A DNA stretch of 64,000 bases, taken from NCBI GenBank assembly GCA_013822735.1, contig PNKZ01000022.1, positions 39,625 through 103,624 of the forward strand, in the 5' to 3' direction. The notes under the pieces were generated by a model, which was given only the letters and a program-made list of their open reading frames with translations, was not told where the DNA came from and searched no databases. A program made the translations under genes and the position numbers. This document shows positions 1 through 9,624 of the stretch, piece by piece. Origin of the DNA: Pirellula sp. GTDB taxonomy: Bacteria > Planctomycetota > Planctomycetia > Pirellulales > PNKZ01. Within the stretch, counting starts at the first letter, position 1, and each line of letters starts with the position of its first letter.

Positions 1-200
1 ATCCCCAGCATGAAGCCGGTCGTGGCGAAGTACGCCGTGTAATACCCGGTGAACCGGCCCGAGGGGGGCGCCATCGCGGCCAGTTCACGTTCGAGAACTC
101 CCGCCCGCTCCTTGAGTTCGGCGAGTTCCGTCTCGATTTGTCGTCGCTGCTCGGCATCGCCGTCAAGGTCGGCGATCCAGCGGCGTTTTTCATGCGTCAT
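1..200 (-). CDS. hypothetical protein, N-terminal fragment running off the left edge
   Basis: ATG at 200..198 opens a stop-free frame to nt 1 (MTHEKRRWIADLDGDAEQRRQIETELAELKERAGVLERELAAMAPPSGRFTGYYTAYFATTGFMLG..). It is co-directional with the cytochrome c gene and 45 nt downstream of it. It is missing from the ORF track only because it is truncated. Confidence 0.35.
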   Translation of the reverse strand, partial: MTHEKRRWIADLDGDAEQRRQIETELAELKERAGVLERELAAMAPPSGRFTGYYTAYFATTGFMLG

Positions 201-245
201 ACGTTACTACTCGCTCAACTCGGGAGGACGGGCGTGGGCGTACCG

Positions 246-1262
246 TTAAGGCGTGGAGCTTGCGGTGAATTGTCGAACAACTTCGCGACGGCGAGCGCCG
301 GAAATAAACTGCACGTAATGCACGAGATGCCAAAGCATGTCGGGATCTTTCGGATATCCGTTCGCGAATGCAGGCATCGGCTTGATGCCGCCATAAATAC
401 GGCGATAGATGTCGAGCGACGTCGCTCCGCCGTGGAACATGCCGCTGGTCAGGTCGGCGGCCCGACCTTCGTGACCCCAAGGGTCTTTGCCGACTTCGAG
501 CAGATTGCGTGCGCTGCCGTCGCGATCGTGACATTTAAAGCAAACGCCGTTGGCCCCGGCGAACGCTTCACGCCCTTTTTCGATGCTTTCCCAGGTGTAG
601 GGAGGCTCGACCGTGAGCGGATGAATGTGCTTGTTGCGAGGGACGACCCATTTCTTGGCGATGTCGCCGGCTAGTTTTGTCGCGAGCTTATCGTCGATCT
701 TCTCTTCTTCGTCTACGGCCGCCTCGCGCAACGCCGATTCCAATTCGCCGCGGTGAGTTAACACGAGGACGTAGTCGACCACCGCATCCAAATCTTGCTG
801 CGGCAGTTGCGCAAACGACGGCATCGAGGTCCCGCGCGCTCCCTCGCGAACCGTCCGGAGCAAATCCTCCCGGAGAGGCTTGGAGCCGTCGACGACCGAC
901 ACAAACTTGAAGATGCCCTTGCTGTAATCGCGCGGCAGAGGCGAAAGCCCCTTGGCCGCCGGTCCGTCTCCATAACCCGTATTTCCGTGGCAGGCTGCGC
1001 AGCGTAGGCGGTATACCTCCGCACCACGCGACAAATGCTCGGGGGCGAGCGTCGGATTCCCGATGAGCTTCGGATGCTGCGGGGTGCCGCATTGCTTTTC
1101 CAACTGATGCGCAATTTCCCGACGCAGCTCGTCCGGCTTGTCAAAGTCTTCCTTCGCAAGCGTGCGAAGCGACGAGCTCAGTTCGTAGTCTGGAACCACG
1201 GTCCGTTCGCAACCGACGCTGATGAGCGACGCCGCAAAAGCGATAAACCACACAGGCTTCAA
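246..1262 (-). CDS. dihaem c-type cytochrome, probable lipoprotein
   Basis: 338-aa ORF with two CxxCH haem motifs (CAACH, CFKCH). Hydrophobic N-terminal signal ends in a lipobox-like SVGC. The start codon at 1262 is TTG. Confidence 0.8.
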   Translation of the reverse strand: MKPVWFIAFAASLISVGCERTVVPDYELSSSLRTLAKEDFDKPDELRREIAHQLEKQCGTPQHPKLIGNPTLAPEHLSRGAEVYRLRCAACHGNTGYGDGPAAKGLSPLPRDYSKGIFKFVSVVDGSKPLREDLLRTVREGARGTSMPSFAQLPQQDLDAVVDYVLVLTHRGELESALREAAVDEEEKIDDKLATKLAGDIAKKWVVPRNKHIHPLTVEPPYTWESIEKGREAFAGANGVCFKCHDRDGSARNLLEVGKDPWGHEGRAADLTSGMFHGGATSLDIYRRIYGGIKPMPAFANGYPKDPDMLWHLVHYVQFISGARRREVVRQFTASSTP

Positions 1263-1669
1263 GACATTCTCCCTTCGTACGACCGACAGTTCGTTGATGT
1301 CGGTCGTTAAGCAATCGACATGCCGCCGATTACTCGCCTTCGGAAAACCGAAGATAAGCGGTCAAGACGCGTCGTTTGTGCGCGCTCCGCAATTTGGAGT
1401 CGTGCGCGAGCGCGCGGGACGGCGCGCACCGTGTCGCAAAGCGAGCGGTTCCGTCACTTACCTGGGGAGCACACATATTCCGCGCGCCTGCCGTGTGCTC
1501 TTCACACGGTTCACGGCTCACTTCACAATTCGCGAAAAGGCGACCTGAGCCGACAATTCGGAAGTCACCATCGCGATCGGTACCAAATTCGCAATACGTG
1601 ACCCATCTCCTTCAACCGCCGGTCGCCGTCGAAGAATGTTTGGGGCAATCTATCCAAGAGTTAACAAAG

Positions 1670-2122
1670 ATGGCCACCGCCGAAGTACCGACGAGAACAA
1701 TTCCCAAGGATCGTCCATCACCGATCGCGGCGCGCACCAAGTTGAATTTTCTTCTCGATGCCGCGCTGCTAATGAACTTTCTGGCCCTCGTTATCCTGGC
1801 CTTGATCGTTCGGTTCGTGTTTCCGCCCGTGTTGCATGCGGAAGGTTGGACGCTGTGGGAGTACGACTATGACGCCTGGATGGGTGCGTGGTTCAACTCT
1901 CTGATCGCGTTTACGCTGCTGGTGCTGATCCACGTCATGTTGCATTGGTCTTGGGTATGCAATGTCGCGGCTCGTTTGCTTTCCAACTACCGAGGTCGAG
2001 CAGTTCGCGCCGACGACGCCGCGCAAACCGTTTACGGCGTCGCCTTCCTCATCGTGCTGTTGGGAATTGTCGGCGGTGTTGTCGCGACGGCCGCTCTTTC
2101 CATACAAACTCCGACCTTCTAA
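1670..2122 (+). CDS. small polytopic membrane protein (DUF4405 / cytochrome-b-like suspected)
   Basis: In-frame ATG at 1670 (MATAEVPTRTIP..) inside ORF 1376..2122; the upstream part of that ORF is Arg/Ser-rich noise. Three hydrophobic helices with His residues (LIHVMLHWSW). Divergent from the cytochrome c gene. Confidence 0.6.
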   Translation: MATAEVPTRTIPKDRPSPIAARTKLNFLLDAALLMNFLALVILALIVRFVFPPVLHAEGWTLWEYDYDAWMGAWFNSLIAFTLLVLIHVMLHWSWVCNVAARLLSNYRGRAVRADDAAQTVYGVAFLIVLLGIVGGVVATAALSIQTPTF

Positions 2123-2413
2123 GCGGGAGTAATCGCTGCTGCGCGTCCTCATCGTCGCAGCGGACGAAGCTTTGCCGAATCAGGTCGAAAGCTCAGCGAC
2201 GGGGGGCCGTTTGATGAGTGACGGCATGGACTGAAGAGAAAGACGTCGCGTGCCGGGGTACCGGCACGAATCGAACACCCCTCGGAACAACGGCCCTTCG
2301 GCCGATTCTGTCTTGGCGTCCTGCTTGCCGTTATCCGGCGCTTTTACATGCGCCGAGGTGAGGTGCAGGCTGACGCACATCTGACGCACCCGTGGCCGAA
2401 ACGTCGGCGCATG

Positions 2414-2450
2414 AAAAAGCCTCGGCAAACACACGGTTTACCGAGGCTTC
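2414..2450 (-). terminator. rho-independent terminator downstream of tRNA-Ser
   Basis: The minus strand reads GAAGCCTCGG-(15 nt loop)-CCGAGGCTTTTTCAT. This is a 9-bp GC-rich stem followed by a T-run, immediately 3' of the tRNA. Confidence 0.6.
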
Positions 2451-2452
2451 AG

Positions 2453-2541
2453 CGGAGAGGATGGGATTTGAACCCATGGTACGGTGTGACCCGTACACCG
2501 GTTTAGCAAACCGGCGCTTTCGACCACTCAGCCACCTCTCC
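2453..2541 (-). tRNA. tRNA-Ser (anticodon GCU)
   Basis: Minus strand GGAGAGGTGGCTGAGTGGTCGAAAGCGCCGGTTTGCTAAACCGGTGTACGGGTCACACCGTACCATGGGTTCAAATCCCATCCTCTCCG. Acceptor GGAGAGG/CCTCTCC, anticodon stem CCGGT/ACCGG with loop TTGCTAA, long variable arm, T-loop GGGTTCAAATCCC, discriminator G. CCA is not encoded. Confidence 0.9.
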
Positions 2542-2719
2542 TTTTAGGGGTCTCCCGACGGTCGAGGCCGGGAACCTCACAATTCTAGGAATTCTTTCGT
2601 CACACGCAAGGGACTTCCCGCAGTCGGAATTCCGGCCGGATGCGGGAAATCGCCGCGATTTTTTGGAATCTGGTTCTTACCATACGAAGGTCGGGACGCC
2701 GCGAGCCCAACTGTGGGTT

Positions 2720-4327
2720 ATGGTTACTGCGGAACCTGGAATCCTCGGCGCGCACGGAAGCCGCCTTTGCACTTGTATCGATAAGCGAGCTTCCGTAGTG
2801 ACGACGATTCTCCGCCTGATCCGGTTCGCCTTTTTCTTTGCCTGCTGCTATGCCGTCAACGCCGGCGCTGTGGAACTTGCCACAAGGTCGGCGGCCCGCA
2901 ATCGCCTGGCCGTCGACGGCCTCAAGGCCCACGCGGCGGTGCTCTCCGACGACACGTTTGAAGGACGCGAAGCCGGCAAACGGGGCGGGCGCGCGGCGGC
3001 CGGCTATATCATCGACAAGCTCAAGAGCTACGGCCTGCACGGCGCCGGTCCCGAAGGGGGCTTTCTGCAACCCTTCGACCGTGAGCGCAACAACGTCTTG
3101 GCGCAGCTTCCCGGCACCGATCCCGAACTGCGCGAAGAGATCATCGTCGTCGGCGCGCATTACGATCACGTGGGCTACGGCAATGCCCGCAACAGCTACG
3201 GTCCCTACGGCTACATTCACAACGGCGCCGACGACAACGCCAGCGGCGTGGCGGGCGTGCTCGAAGCGGCACGCGTGCTCGCGGAACTCAAGGCGCCGCT
3301 GAAGCGCACGGTCGTGTTCGCCTTTTGGGACGGCGAAGAAGCCGGCCTCTTCGGCTCGAAGCATTGGACGACCCATCCCACCGCGCACCTGCACAACGTG
3401 AAATGCTTCATCAATCTCGACATGATCGGTCGGCTGCGGAACGACTTCGTCGAAGTGTTCGGCACGCGCTCGGCCGAGGGCCTTCGTAAGCTCGTCACCG
3501 ATGCCAACCGCGACGAGCAGCTCGTGCTCGACTACAAGTGGGAACTGCGCGACGACAGCGATCACGCTCCGTTTTTCCATAAGAACATTCCGGTCGTGAT
3601 GCTGCACACCGGCAAGCACGCCGACTATCATCGCCCGAGCGACGACCTGGAGAAGCTCAACTTCGAAGGGATCCAGCGCGTTTCGCGGTTGACGATGGAT
3701 CTCGTCTTCAACTTGGCCGATGCGGAGAAGCTGCCGGAATTTCGTCAGCTCTCGAAGCAAGAGGCGGTGTCGGAAGCGGCCCGCAAGGCAATGGACCGGC
3801 CGTTCGCCGCGCCGCCGAGCCGGTTAGGCATTAGCTGGCGTGAAGAAGCGGACGAATCAAAAGGCATTCTCATCTCGTCGGTGCAGTACAACTCGCCGGC
3901 GAACAAAGCAGGCTTGCGGATCGGCGAACGGATCACAAAGTGGAACGACGCGCCGATCACGTCGGACGAAAGCTTTCAAAAGTTCGTGTTGCTGGCGACC
4001 GGAACCGTGCGGCTGGAAGTGGCCGATCGGGCCGGAGCAACGCGTGAAGCAAGTCTCGAGCTGCGCGGCGAGCCGATCCGGGTCGGCGTGAGTTGGGCCG
4101 AAGACGATGCGGAGCCGGCGTCCGTCATCGTGAAGCGCGTCGTTGCGCAATCCCCCGCCGATCGAGCCGGCGTGCTCGTCGCCGACCGCATCTGCGAAGT
4201 CGACGGAGCTCCGTTTGCGTCGGCCGCGGAGTTCGAAGAGCGGCTCGGTACCATGGAAGACGAACTCGCGCTGACCGTCGATCGCAACGGGATCTTGCTT
4301 AAGTTTAAGCTGAAGCTCAACGAGTAA
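2720..4327 (+). CDS. secreted M28-family metallopeptidase with two C-terminal PDZ domains
   Basis: M28 zinc-ligand pattern (GAHYDHVGYG, NGADDNASG, FWDGEEAGLFGS, INLDMIG). Two PDZ-like segments (GILISSVQYNSPANKAGLRIGERI; VIVKRVVAQSPADRAGVLVADRI). The ORF-track start 2663 is TTG. The first ATG is 2720, and GTG 2798 would give the cleanest signal peptide (TTILRLIRFAFFFACCYAVNA). The start is uncertain; the end is firm. Confidence 0.85.
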   Translation: MVTAEPGILGAHGSRLCTCIDKRASVVTTILRLIRFAFFFACCYAVNAGAVELATRSAARNRLAVDGLKAHAAVLSDDTFEGREAGKRGGRAAAGYIIDKLKSYGLHGAGPEGGFLQPFDRERNNVLAQLPGTDPELREEIIVVGAHYDHVGYGNARNSYGPYGYIHNGADDNASGVAGVLEAARVLAELKAPLKRTVVFAFWDGEEAGLFGSKHWTTHPTAHLHNVKCFINLDMIGRLRNDFVEVFGTRSAEGLRKLVTDANRDEQLVLDYKWELRDDSDHAPFFHKNIPVVMLHTGKHADYHRPSDDLEKLNFEGIQRVSRLTMDLVFNLADAEKLPEFRQLSKQEAVSEAARKAMDRPFAAPPSRLGISWREEADESKGILISSVQYNSPANKAGLRIGERITKWNDAPITSDESFQKFVLLATGTVRLEVADRAGATREASLELRGEPIRVGVSWAEDDAEPASVIVKRVVAQSPADRAGVLVADRICEVDGAPFASAAEFEERLGTMEDELALTVDRNGILLKFKLKLNE

Positions 4328-4456
4328 CGATCACCGAGCAGCGATGGGTGGCTGGGGCAGAACGTAGTGATGCCCCAGAAAGTGCCGCCTACAGACCGGG
4401 GCCTCGCCGACGGCTCCAGCCCCGGGCACCCGACGTGACAGGACTTTGAAAATTGC

Positions 4457-5314
4457 CTACGCCCGCGTCATTTCGCGGAAGCGTTTCATCAGGTCGCGGG
4501 TTATCGGACCCGGCTCGCCGTTGCCGATGGCGCGGTTGTCGATCTTCACGACCGGAATGACTTCCGCGGCGGTGCCCGTGAGGAACACTTCGTCGGCGAC
4601 GTAGACATCGTGCCGAGTGAGCGCGATTTCGCGAACTTCCATTCCGGCGGCCCGAGCGGCTTCGATCACCGCCTCGCGCGTCACTCCTTCGAGAATGCCT
4701 GCGTCGATCGGCGGCGTCAGCAGTTGCTTATGCCGCACGAGGAAGATGTTGTCCCCCGTGCACTCGGCCACTTCCCCCTTGCTGTTGAGCATCAGCGCTT
4801 CAATGCAGCCGGCGCGGAGCCCTTCGATCTTGGCGAGGATGTTGTTCAGGTAATTGAGCGACTTGATCCGCGGCGAGAGCGCAGCCGGGTGGTTGCGAAT
4901 GGTGCTCGCCGTGATGATGTCGAGCCCCTTCTCATAGAACTCCGGCGGGTAGAGCGTGATCTTGTCGGCAATGATGATCACCTGCGGATCGCTCGTGCGA
5001 TTGGGATCGAGCCCCAAGCTGCCGCTGCCGCGCGTGACGACGAGACGAATATACGCGTCGCTGAGGTTGTTCACCTTGAGCGTCTCGTTGACGTCTTTGG
5101 TCATCTGCTCGATCGAGATCGGAATCGTTAGCCAGATCGCTTTGGCCGATTCGTACAGCCGGACCAAATGTTCTTGCAGCCGAAAGACCTTGCCGCCGTA
5201 GCTGCGCAGCCCCTCGAAGATGCCGTCGCCGTAGAGGAGCCCGTGGTCGTAGACGCTGATTTTGGCGTCTTCTTTGGCGTAAAACTTTCCGGAGATATAG
5301 ATCTTGAGCGACAT
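4457..5314 (-). CDS. ilvE: branched-chain-amino-acid aminotransferase (PLP fold type IV)
   Basis: 285 aa with full-length resemblance to bacterial IlvE (DHGLLYGDGIFEGLR, IRLVVTRG, RIKSLNYLNNILAK with the catalytic Lys, ECTGDNIF, GILEGVTR). ATG start verified. Confidence 0.9.
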   Translation of the reverse strand: MSLKIYISGKFYAKEDAKISVYDHGLLYGDGIFEGLRSYGGKVFRLQEHLVRLYESAKAIWLTIPISIEQMTKDVNETLKVNNLSDAYIRLVVTRGSGSLGLDPNRTSDPQVIIIADKITLYPPEFYEKGLDIITASTIRNHPAALSPRIKSLNYLNNILAKIEGLRAGCIEALMLNSKGEVAECTGDNIFLVRHKQLLTPPIDAGILEGVTREAVIEAARAAGMEVREIALTRHDVYVADEVFLTGTAAEVIPVVKIDNRAIGNGEPGPITRDLMKRFREMTRA

Positions 5315-5374
5315 GAGCGGGATACGGCGCGCGAACGACGTGCAAAGGAGAGCGGTTGCGAAACTTCGGTCGGC

Positions 5375-6169
5375 CTAGGTTTCAACCCGGCCTTCTACTA
5401 AGCGTACGATTCGGTCGGCCTGTTCGGCAATGGCCAAGTCGTGCGTGACCATCACCGTGGTGAGTTTTTCCCGCTCATTGAGGCCGCGGAGAATGTTCAA
5501 AATCTCTTGGCCGGTCGTCCGATCGAGGTTGCCGGTCGGTTCGTCGGCCAGCAGGATGCGGGGGCCGTTGATCAGCGCGCGAGCGATGGCCGCCCGTTGC
5601 ATTTCGCCGCCGGATAGCTCCCGCGGCTTGTGCTTCAAGCGGTGCCCCAGGCCGACGATTTCTAACAGACGCTTAGCCTCGGCTTCATGTTCGCGCCGCC
5701 GCGACCAATATTTCCATACGCCGTCGGAAATCATCCGCGGCGAGAGCACGTTTTCGAACGCCGACATTTCCGGCAGCAGGTGGTAGAACTGGAAAATCAG
5801 CCCGAGCTGCGAATTGCGCAGGCCGTCGCGTTTGCGGGCCGGAAGGTCGTCGATCCGTTGGCCGTGGAGCATGACTTCGCCCTTGTCGGGCTGGTCGAGC
5901 GTCCCCAGCAGGTGGAGCAGCGTACTCTTGCCCGAGCCGCTGGAGCCGATGATCGCGAGGAACTCCCCTTCGCGCACCGCCAAGTCGACCCCCCGAAGCA
6001 CGGGAATCTTGATCGAGCCTTTGTAGTAGTTCTTCTCCAGGCCGACGGCCGAAATGTGCGCCGTCTTCGGGTCGATGCGTTCCGCGCCGTCGCTTCCGTC
6101 GCGCGCGATCAACTGCAGACGCGGCGAGGGTCGACGTTCGGTCGATTCGATTTTGGGAAGCGTGTTCAT
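5375..6169 (-). CDS. lolD: ABC transporter ATP-binding protein, LolD-like
   Basis: Walker A GSSGSGKST, signature LSGGEMQR, Walker B ILLADEPTGNLD. The internal ATG at 6169 (MNTLPKIE..) is preferred, because the longer ORF to 6334 would overlap the upstream permease gene with Arg-rich noise. Confidence 0.85.
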   Translation of the reverse strand: MNTLPKIESTERRPSPRLQLIARDGSDGAERIDPKTAHISAVGLEKNYYKGSIKIPVLRGVDLAVREGEFLAIIGSSGSGKSTLLHLLGTLDQPDKGEVMLHGQRIDDLPARKRDGLRNSQLGLIFQFYHLLPEMSAFENVLSPRMISDGVWKYWSRRREHEAEAKRLLEIVGLGHRLKHKPRELSGGEMQRAAIARALINGPRILLADEPTGNLDRTTGQEILNILRGLNEREKLTTVMVTHDLAIAEQADRIVRLVEGRVET

Positions 6170-6231
6170 GGTTCGACTTCTTCCAACTTCCGGAAACAAG
6201 AGACATTGCGATGCCGGGCGGACGCTCGGCG

Positions 6232-7836
6232 TTAGTCGTAACGCAATGCTTCCACAGGGTGCATCCGCGCGGCGCGGATCGCCGGGAAGACGCTCGCGCC
6301 GACGGAGATCGCCAGCGCGCCAAGGACGATCCAACCGACGGTAAACGGGTCGACGATCGTCGGAATCTTGTAGAAGTAGTAGATGTTCGGATCGAACACC
6401 TTGGTGCCGCTGACCCAGCCGAGGAAATCGGCCACTTCGTTGATGTAATGCACCAGCGCCATGCCGACGACGAAGCCCCCGCCGGCGCCGACCGCGCCGA
6501 GCGCGAGTCCGTAACCGAGGAAGATGCCCATCACGCCGCGGGCCGAAGCGCCGAGCGATTTCAGAATGCCGATGTCTTTGGTCTTCTCGACGACGATCAT
6601 GAAGAAGATCGCCAAGATGCCGAAGCCGGCCACGGCGATGATGAGAAACAGCAGCACGTTGAGAATGGCCGTTTCCATTTCCACCGCCGAGAGGAGCGGG
6701 CCTTGCTTATCGCGCCAGGTGGCGATGCGATAGAGTTGCGGATGAAACACCGCCTTGAGCTTGTCGCGCACGATGTTGCCGTCGGCTTCGTTCTTCAGCT
6801 TAATTTGCAGCGCCGTGATGCGGGCATTGCCGGTTTGCGGATCGATCATGCCGCGCAGCTGTTGCAGCTTTTGAATCGGCACGAAAACGAATTGCGAATC
6901 GTATTCGCTCATTTTGCACTCGTAGAAGTCGACGATCGTGAACAGGTCGTCGATCGGCCGCGGCGGCGTGCCCGCCGTGGGAAACGTCAGACGAACGTCG
7001 TCGCCCGGCATGGCGAGGAATTGCTCGTCCCCCGCGCGATCTTGAAAACTGGAAAGCGCGATGCCGAGCACCAGGCCGGTGTGCTGCTGCTTGCCGGCGT
7101 CGAAGACGTTCTGGGCGGCGGCAAACGGCGGCGGGGCTTGCCCTTTCGCGGCGGCTTGTTGCTGCGCCTGCGAGAAGATATCGACCGGCTTGGGCTGTTG
7201 CGGCTGCGCCGCGGCCGCCAAACCTGCCGGCGGTTGCGAAGCCTGCGGCGGCAACGGGGCCGGCGGTTGGACGCCTCCCTTGAGCGGATCGTCATCGAGC
7301 GTCTCGCGGTCGTACTTGCGCAACGCCGCCATTTCGCGACGGTACTGCCAGCCGGCGTCCGCGAGCGAAGCGCGCTTGCCGTTTTGGGTATCGTAGCCCC
7401 CTTCGCGGAGGTCGAAGCTGAGTTGTTTACGGTTTTCAGGATGCTGCAGGAAGCCGCTGAAGTCGCTGGCCTTGCCTTGCGTCCGTTCGTCGATGCCGAT
7501 GAGCTGCACCGGCTGCGTGATCCACTGCCGTTGCACCTTGTAGCTCAGCATCGCCGGCACGACGACCGTCGGCGTAATGCCTTCGATATACTCGCCGCAT
7601 ACCTTGTTGATTTCCTTCATGTGCCATTGGGCGTCCATGAAGCCTTCGAGGCTTTGCGATTCGAACACGACGTCGGAAAGCACGCCGTGGATACGGGCCT
7701 GCATCTCGACGGAGAAGCCCTTCATCACGCCGTTGACGACGATCATCGTCGCCACGCCGAGCATCACGCTCACGACCGAAGCCAACGCGATGTAACGCGT
7801 GGTCAGATACTTCCGACAAAGCAGCAAAACGTACAT
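6232..7836 (-). CDS. LolC/LolE-type (FtsX-fold) ABC transporter permease with an enlarged periplasmic loop
   Basis: 534 aa. The N-terminal TM plus MacB/LolE-like periplasmic domain, and the C-terminal FtsX-type TM triplet (ILKSLGAS..), fit the family. It sits directly upstream of lolD on the same strand. Confidence 0.8.
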   Translation of the reverse strand: MYVLLLCRKYLTTRYIALASVVSVMLGVATMIVVNGVMKGFSVEMQARIHGVLSDVVFESQSLEGFMDAQWHMKEINKVCGEYIEGITPTVVVPAMLSYKVQRQWITQPVQLIGIDERTQGKASDFSGFLQHPENRKQLSFDLREGGYDTQNGKRASLADAGWQYRREMAALRKYDRETLDDDPLKGGVQPPAPLPPQASQPPAGLAAAAQPQQPKPVDIFSQAQQQAAAKGQAPPPFAAAQNVFDAGKQQHTGLVLGIALSSFQDRAGDEQFLAMPGDDVRLTFPTAGTPPRPIDDLFTIVDFYECKMSEYDSQFVFVPIQKLQQLRGMIDPQTGNARITALQIKLKNEADGNIVRDKLKAVFHPQLYRIATWRDKQGPLLSAVEMETAILNVLLFLIIAVAGFGILAIFFMIVVEKTKDIGILKSLGASARGVMGIFLGYGLALGAVGAGGGFVVGMALVHYINEVADFLGWVSGTKVFDPNIYYFYKIPTIVDPFTVGWIVLGALAISVGASVFPAIRAARMHPVEALRYD

Positions 7837-7912
7837 GGTCCCATCCTTGGGAATCGTGTCGCAATCGGAGCGTTTCGTCTTCCAGACTTCAGACTCAGCC
7901 GGACTTCAGAAA

Positions 7913-8075
7913 GGGAGATAAGGGGGATGAGACGGGGATTGGGGGGATAGGAATACAAAGATGGAAGCGGGCATAGGATTTCGGTTCCTTGTCTCCGCCG
8001 CTTGCTTCAATCGCTAGTCACTAGTCTTCAGTCTATTCCTAGCTCGCTGATCTCCTTCTCATCCCCCTTATCCCC
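7913..8075. repeat. imperfect inverted repeat (GGGAGATAAGGGGGATGAGA family) in the lysS-lolE spacer
   Basis: Left arm 7913..7932 gggagataagggggatgaga. Right arm 8057..8075 tctcatcccccttatcccc. 16 nt are perfectly complementary, then one indel. The same words recur at 22661..22680. Confidence 0.5.
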
Positions 8076-8100
8076 TTTTCTTCTCTTCCTCGTGTCGTTC

Positions 8101-9624
8101 TCAAACAGTCTCATGCCGCAAGAGCGGGAACAAGATCACGTCGCGGATGGTTTGGGCGTTGGTCAGCAGCATCACTAGGCGGTCGATGCCGATGCCGAGG
8201 CCGCCGGCCGGGGGCATGCCGTGCTTGAGCGCGCGGACGAAGTCGTGGTCCATCTTGGCCATCGAATCTTCTTCCTTTTGCCCCGCCAGTTGCCCGCTGA
8301 AGAGTTCTTCCTGCAAATACGGATCGTTTAGTTCCGTGTAGGCATTGGCGACTTCCATGCCGTGTACGAAGAGCTCGAATCGCTCCGCCACGCGCGGATT
8401 CGACGTCTTGCGCTTCGTCAACGGGCAGATGCTCGCCGGATAATCCATCACGAAGATCGGCCCGACCAGCGCATCTTCCACCTTCTCTTCAAACACTTCG
8501 CTCTTGATCACATCCGGGTCTTTGCCGGCCGTTTCAAAGCCGATCTTCTCGGCCAGCGCACGGATGCCTGCTTCGTCGTCGGCCCGGACGCCGGCGTGCT
8601 TCTCGAAGAGTTCGTCGTACGTGGCGCGTTGAAACGGCGGCGTGAAATCGATGGTCTTGTCTTCGCCCCAAGGGAGCACGAGCGAATCGTCTCCCGGCTT
8701 CTTGCCGGCGCGAATCGCGCCGACGATCAACTTCTCCGTCAGGTCCATCATCGAACGATAGTCGCCGTAGGCCTGATAGACCTCGAGCATCGTGAATTCA
8801 GGATTGTGCCGGGGGCTGATGCCTTCGTTACGGTAGACGCGACCGAGTTCGTATACGCGCTCCATGCCGCCGACCAAGAGCCGCTTCAAATGCAGCTCCA
8901 GCGCGATGCGCATAAAGAGCGGCATATCGAGCGCGTTGTGATGGGTCTTAAACGGCCGCGCCGCGGCGCCGCCGGCAATCGAGTGGAGCGTCGGGCCTTC
9001 GATTTCGACGAAGCCCTCGCCGCCAAGCGTGTTGCGAATCGATTGCACAATCTTCGTGCGGGCGAGGAACCGATCGAGCACCCCCTCGCCGTAGATGAGG
9101 TCGAGGTAGCGCATTCGCTGCCGGAGTTCGGCATCGGCCAGACCGTGGTACTTTTCCGGGTGCGGCACCACCGACTTCGTAAGAAACGTCAGCTTCTCGG
9201 CGAAGATCGTGAGCTCGCCGGTCTTCGTGCGCTTGAGTTCGCCGTCGACGCCGACGAGGTCTCCCAAGTCGAAGCACTTGCAGAGGGCCCAGTTGTCGTC
9301 GCCCACTTGCGACTTGCCGATAAAAATCTGAATCGTGCCGGACCAATCGCGGATGTTGGCGAAGATCAGCTTGCCGGTATCCCGCTGCAAGACGATGCGC
9401 CCGGCCGCGCGGACCTTCGGGCCATGCAACACCGGGCCGTGCTTCTCGTTGCCGGGGGCCGGGTCTTCCGAAGTGATTTCGTTTTCGCGCGCGCGGATCG
9501 AGCCGATCGACTGGTGATCGTCGAAACGGCCGCCCCAAGGGTCGTGACCCAGCTCCGTAATCTTACGCAGCTTGTCGCGGCGGGCGGCTTCGTGAATTCC
9601 AGGGGATCCGGCTTCGTCAGACAT
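8101..9624 (-). CDS. lysS: lysine--tRNA ligase (class II)
   Basis: 507 aa with an N-terminal OB anticodon-binding region and class II motifs (FVEIEGPTLH, YRNEGISPRHNPEFTMLE, GGLGIGIDRLVMLL). ATG verified. Confidence 0.95.
   Translation of the reverse strand: MSDEAGSPGIHEAARRDKLRKITELGHDPWGGRFDDHQSIGSIRARENEITSEDPAPGNEKHGPVLHGPKVRAAGRIVLQRDTGKLIFANIRDWSGTIQIFIGKSQVGDDNWALCKCFDLGDLVGVDGELKRTKTGELTIFAEKLTFLTKSVVPHPEKYHGLADAELRQRMRYLDLIYGEGVLDRFLARTKIVQSIRNTLGGEGFVEIEGPTLHSIAGGAAARPFKTHHNALDMPLFMRIALELHLKRLLVGGMERVYELGRVYRNEGISPRHNPEFTMLEVYQAYGDYRSMMDLTEKLIVGAIRAGKKPGDDSLVLPWGEDKTIDFTPPFQRATYDELFEKHAGVRADDEAGIRALAEKIGFETAGKDPDVIKSEVFEEKVEDALVGPIFVMDYPASICPLTKRKTSNPRVAERFELFVHGMEVANAYTELNDPYLQEELFSGQLAGQKEEDSMAKMDHDFVRALKHGMPPAGGLGIGIDRLVMLLTNAQTIRDVILFPLLRHETV

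Noticed and set aside
2453-2541. tRNA-Ser and tRNA-Cys (39823..39893) as integration hot spots or genomic-island borders.
   Set aside because: There is no integrase, no duplicated tRNA 3' segment, and no phage or plasmid genes next to either tRNA. The neighbours are housekeeping genes of the same composition.
5375-6334. N-terminal extensions offered by the ORF track for lolD (to 6334), pfkA (to 19204), DLH (to 35075), groES (to 37408), the oxidoreductase (from 40753), the class IV aminotransferase (to 40959), the SEC-C protein (from 47748), the secreted protein (from 37659), fhcA (from 13607), and others.
   Set aside because: The extensions are Arg-rich or repeat-derived. They overlap neighbouring genes or repeats. 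They precede an in-frame ATG (or a GTG at 22599 for the oxidoreductase) at which homologous sequence or a signal peptide begins. Several ORF-track starts are TTG or GTG.
6211-7950. Very long ORFs antisense to clearly homologous genes. Examples: 2600..3760, 6211..7950, 8362..9648, 11213..12652, 13664..14845, 15464..16804, 17846..19036, 19033..19932, 29136..31052, 31065..32351, 35243..36934, 45547..46500, 46605..47813, 50056..51252, 54817..56928, 57788..58672, 59745..61067, 61788..62660, 63057..63968.
   Set aside because: Their translations are Arg/Ala/Gly/His-rich with no motifs. Each lies opposite a gene with strong family signatures. Stop-poor antisense frames are expected in GC-rich DNA. 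They are treated as shadow ORFs.
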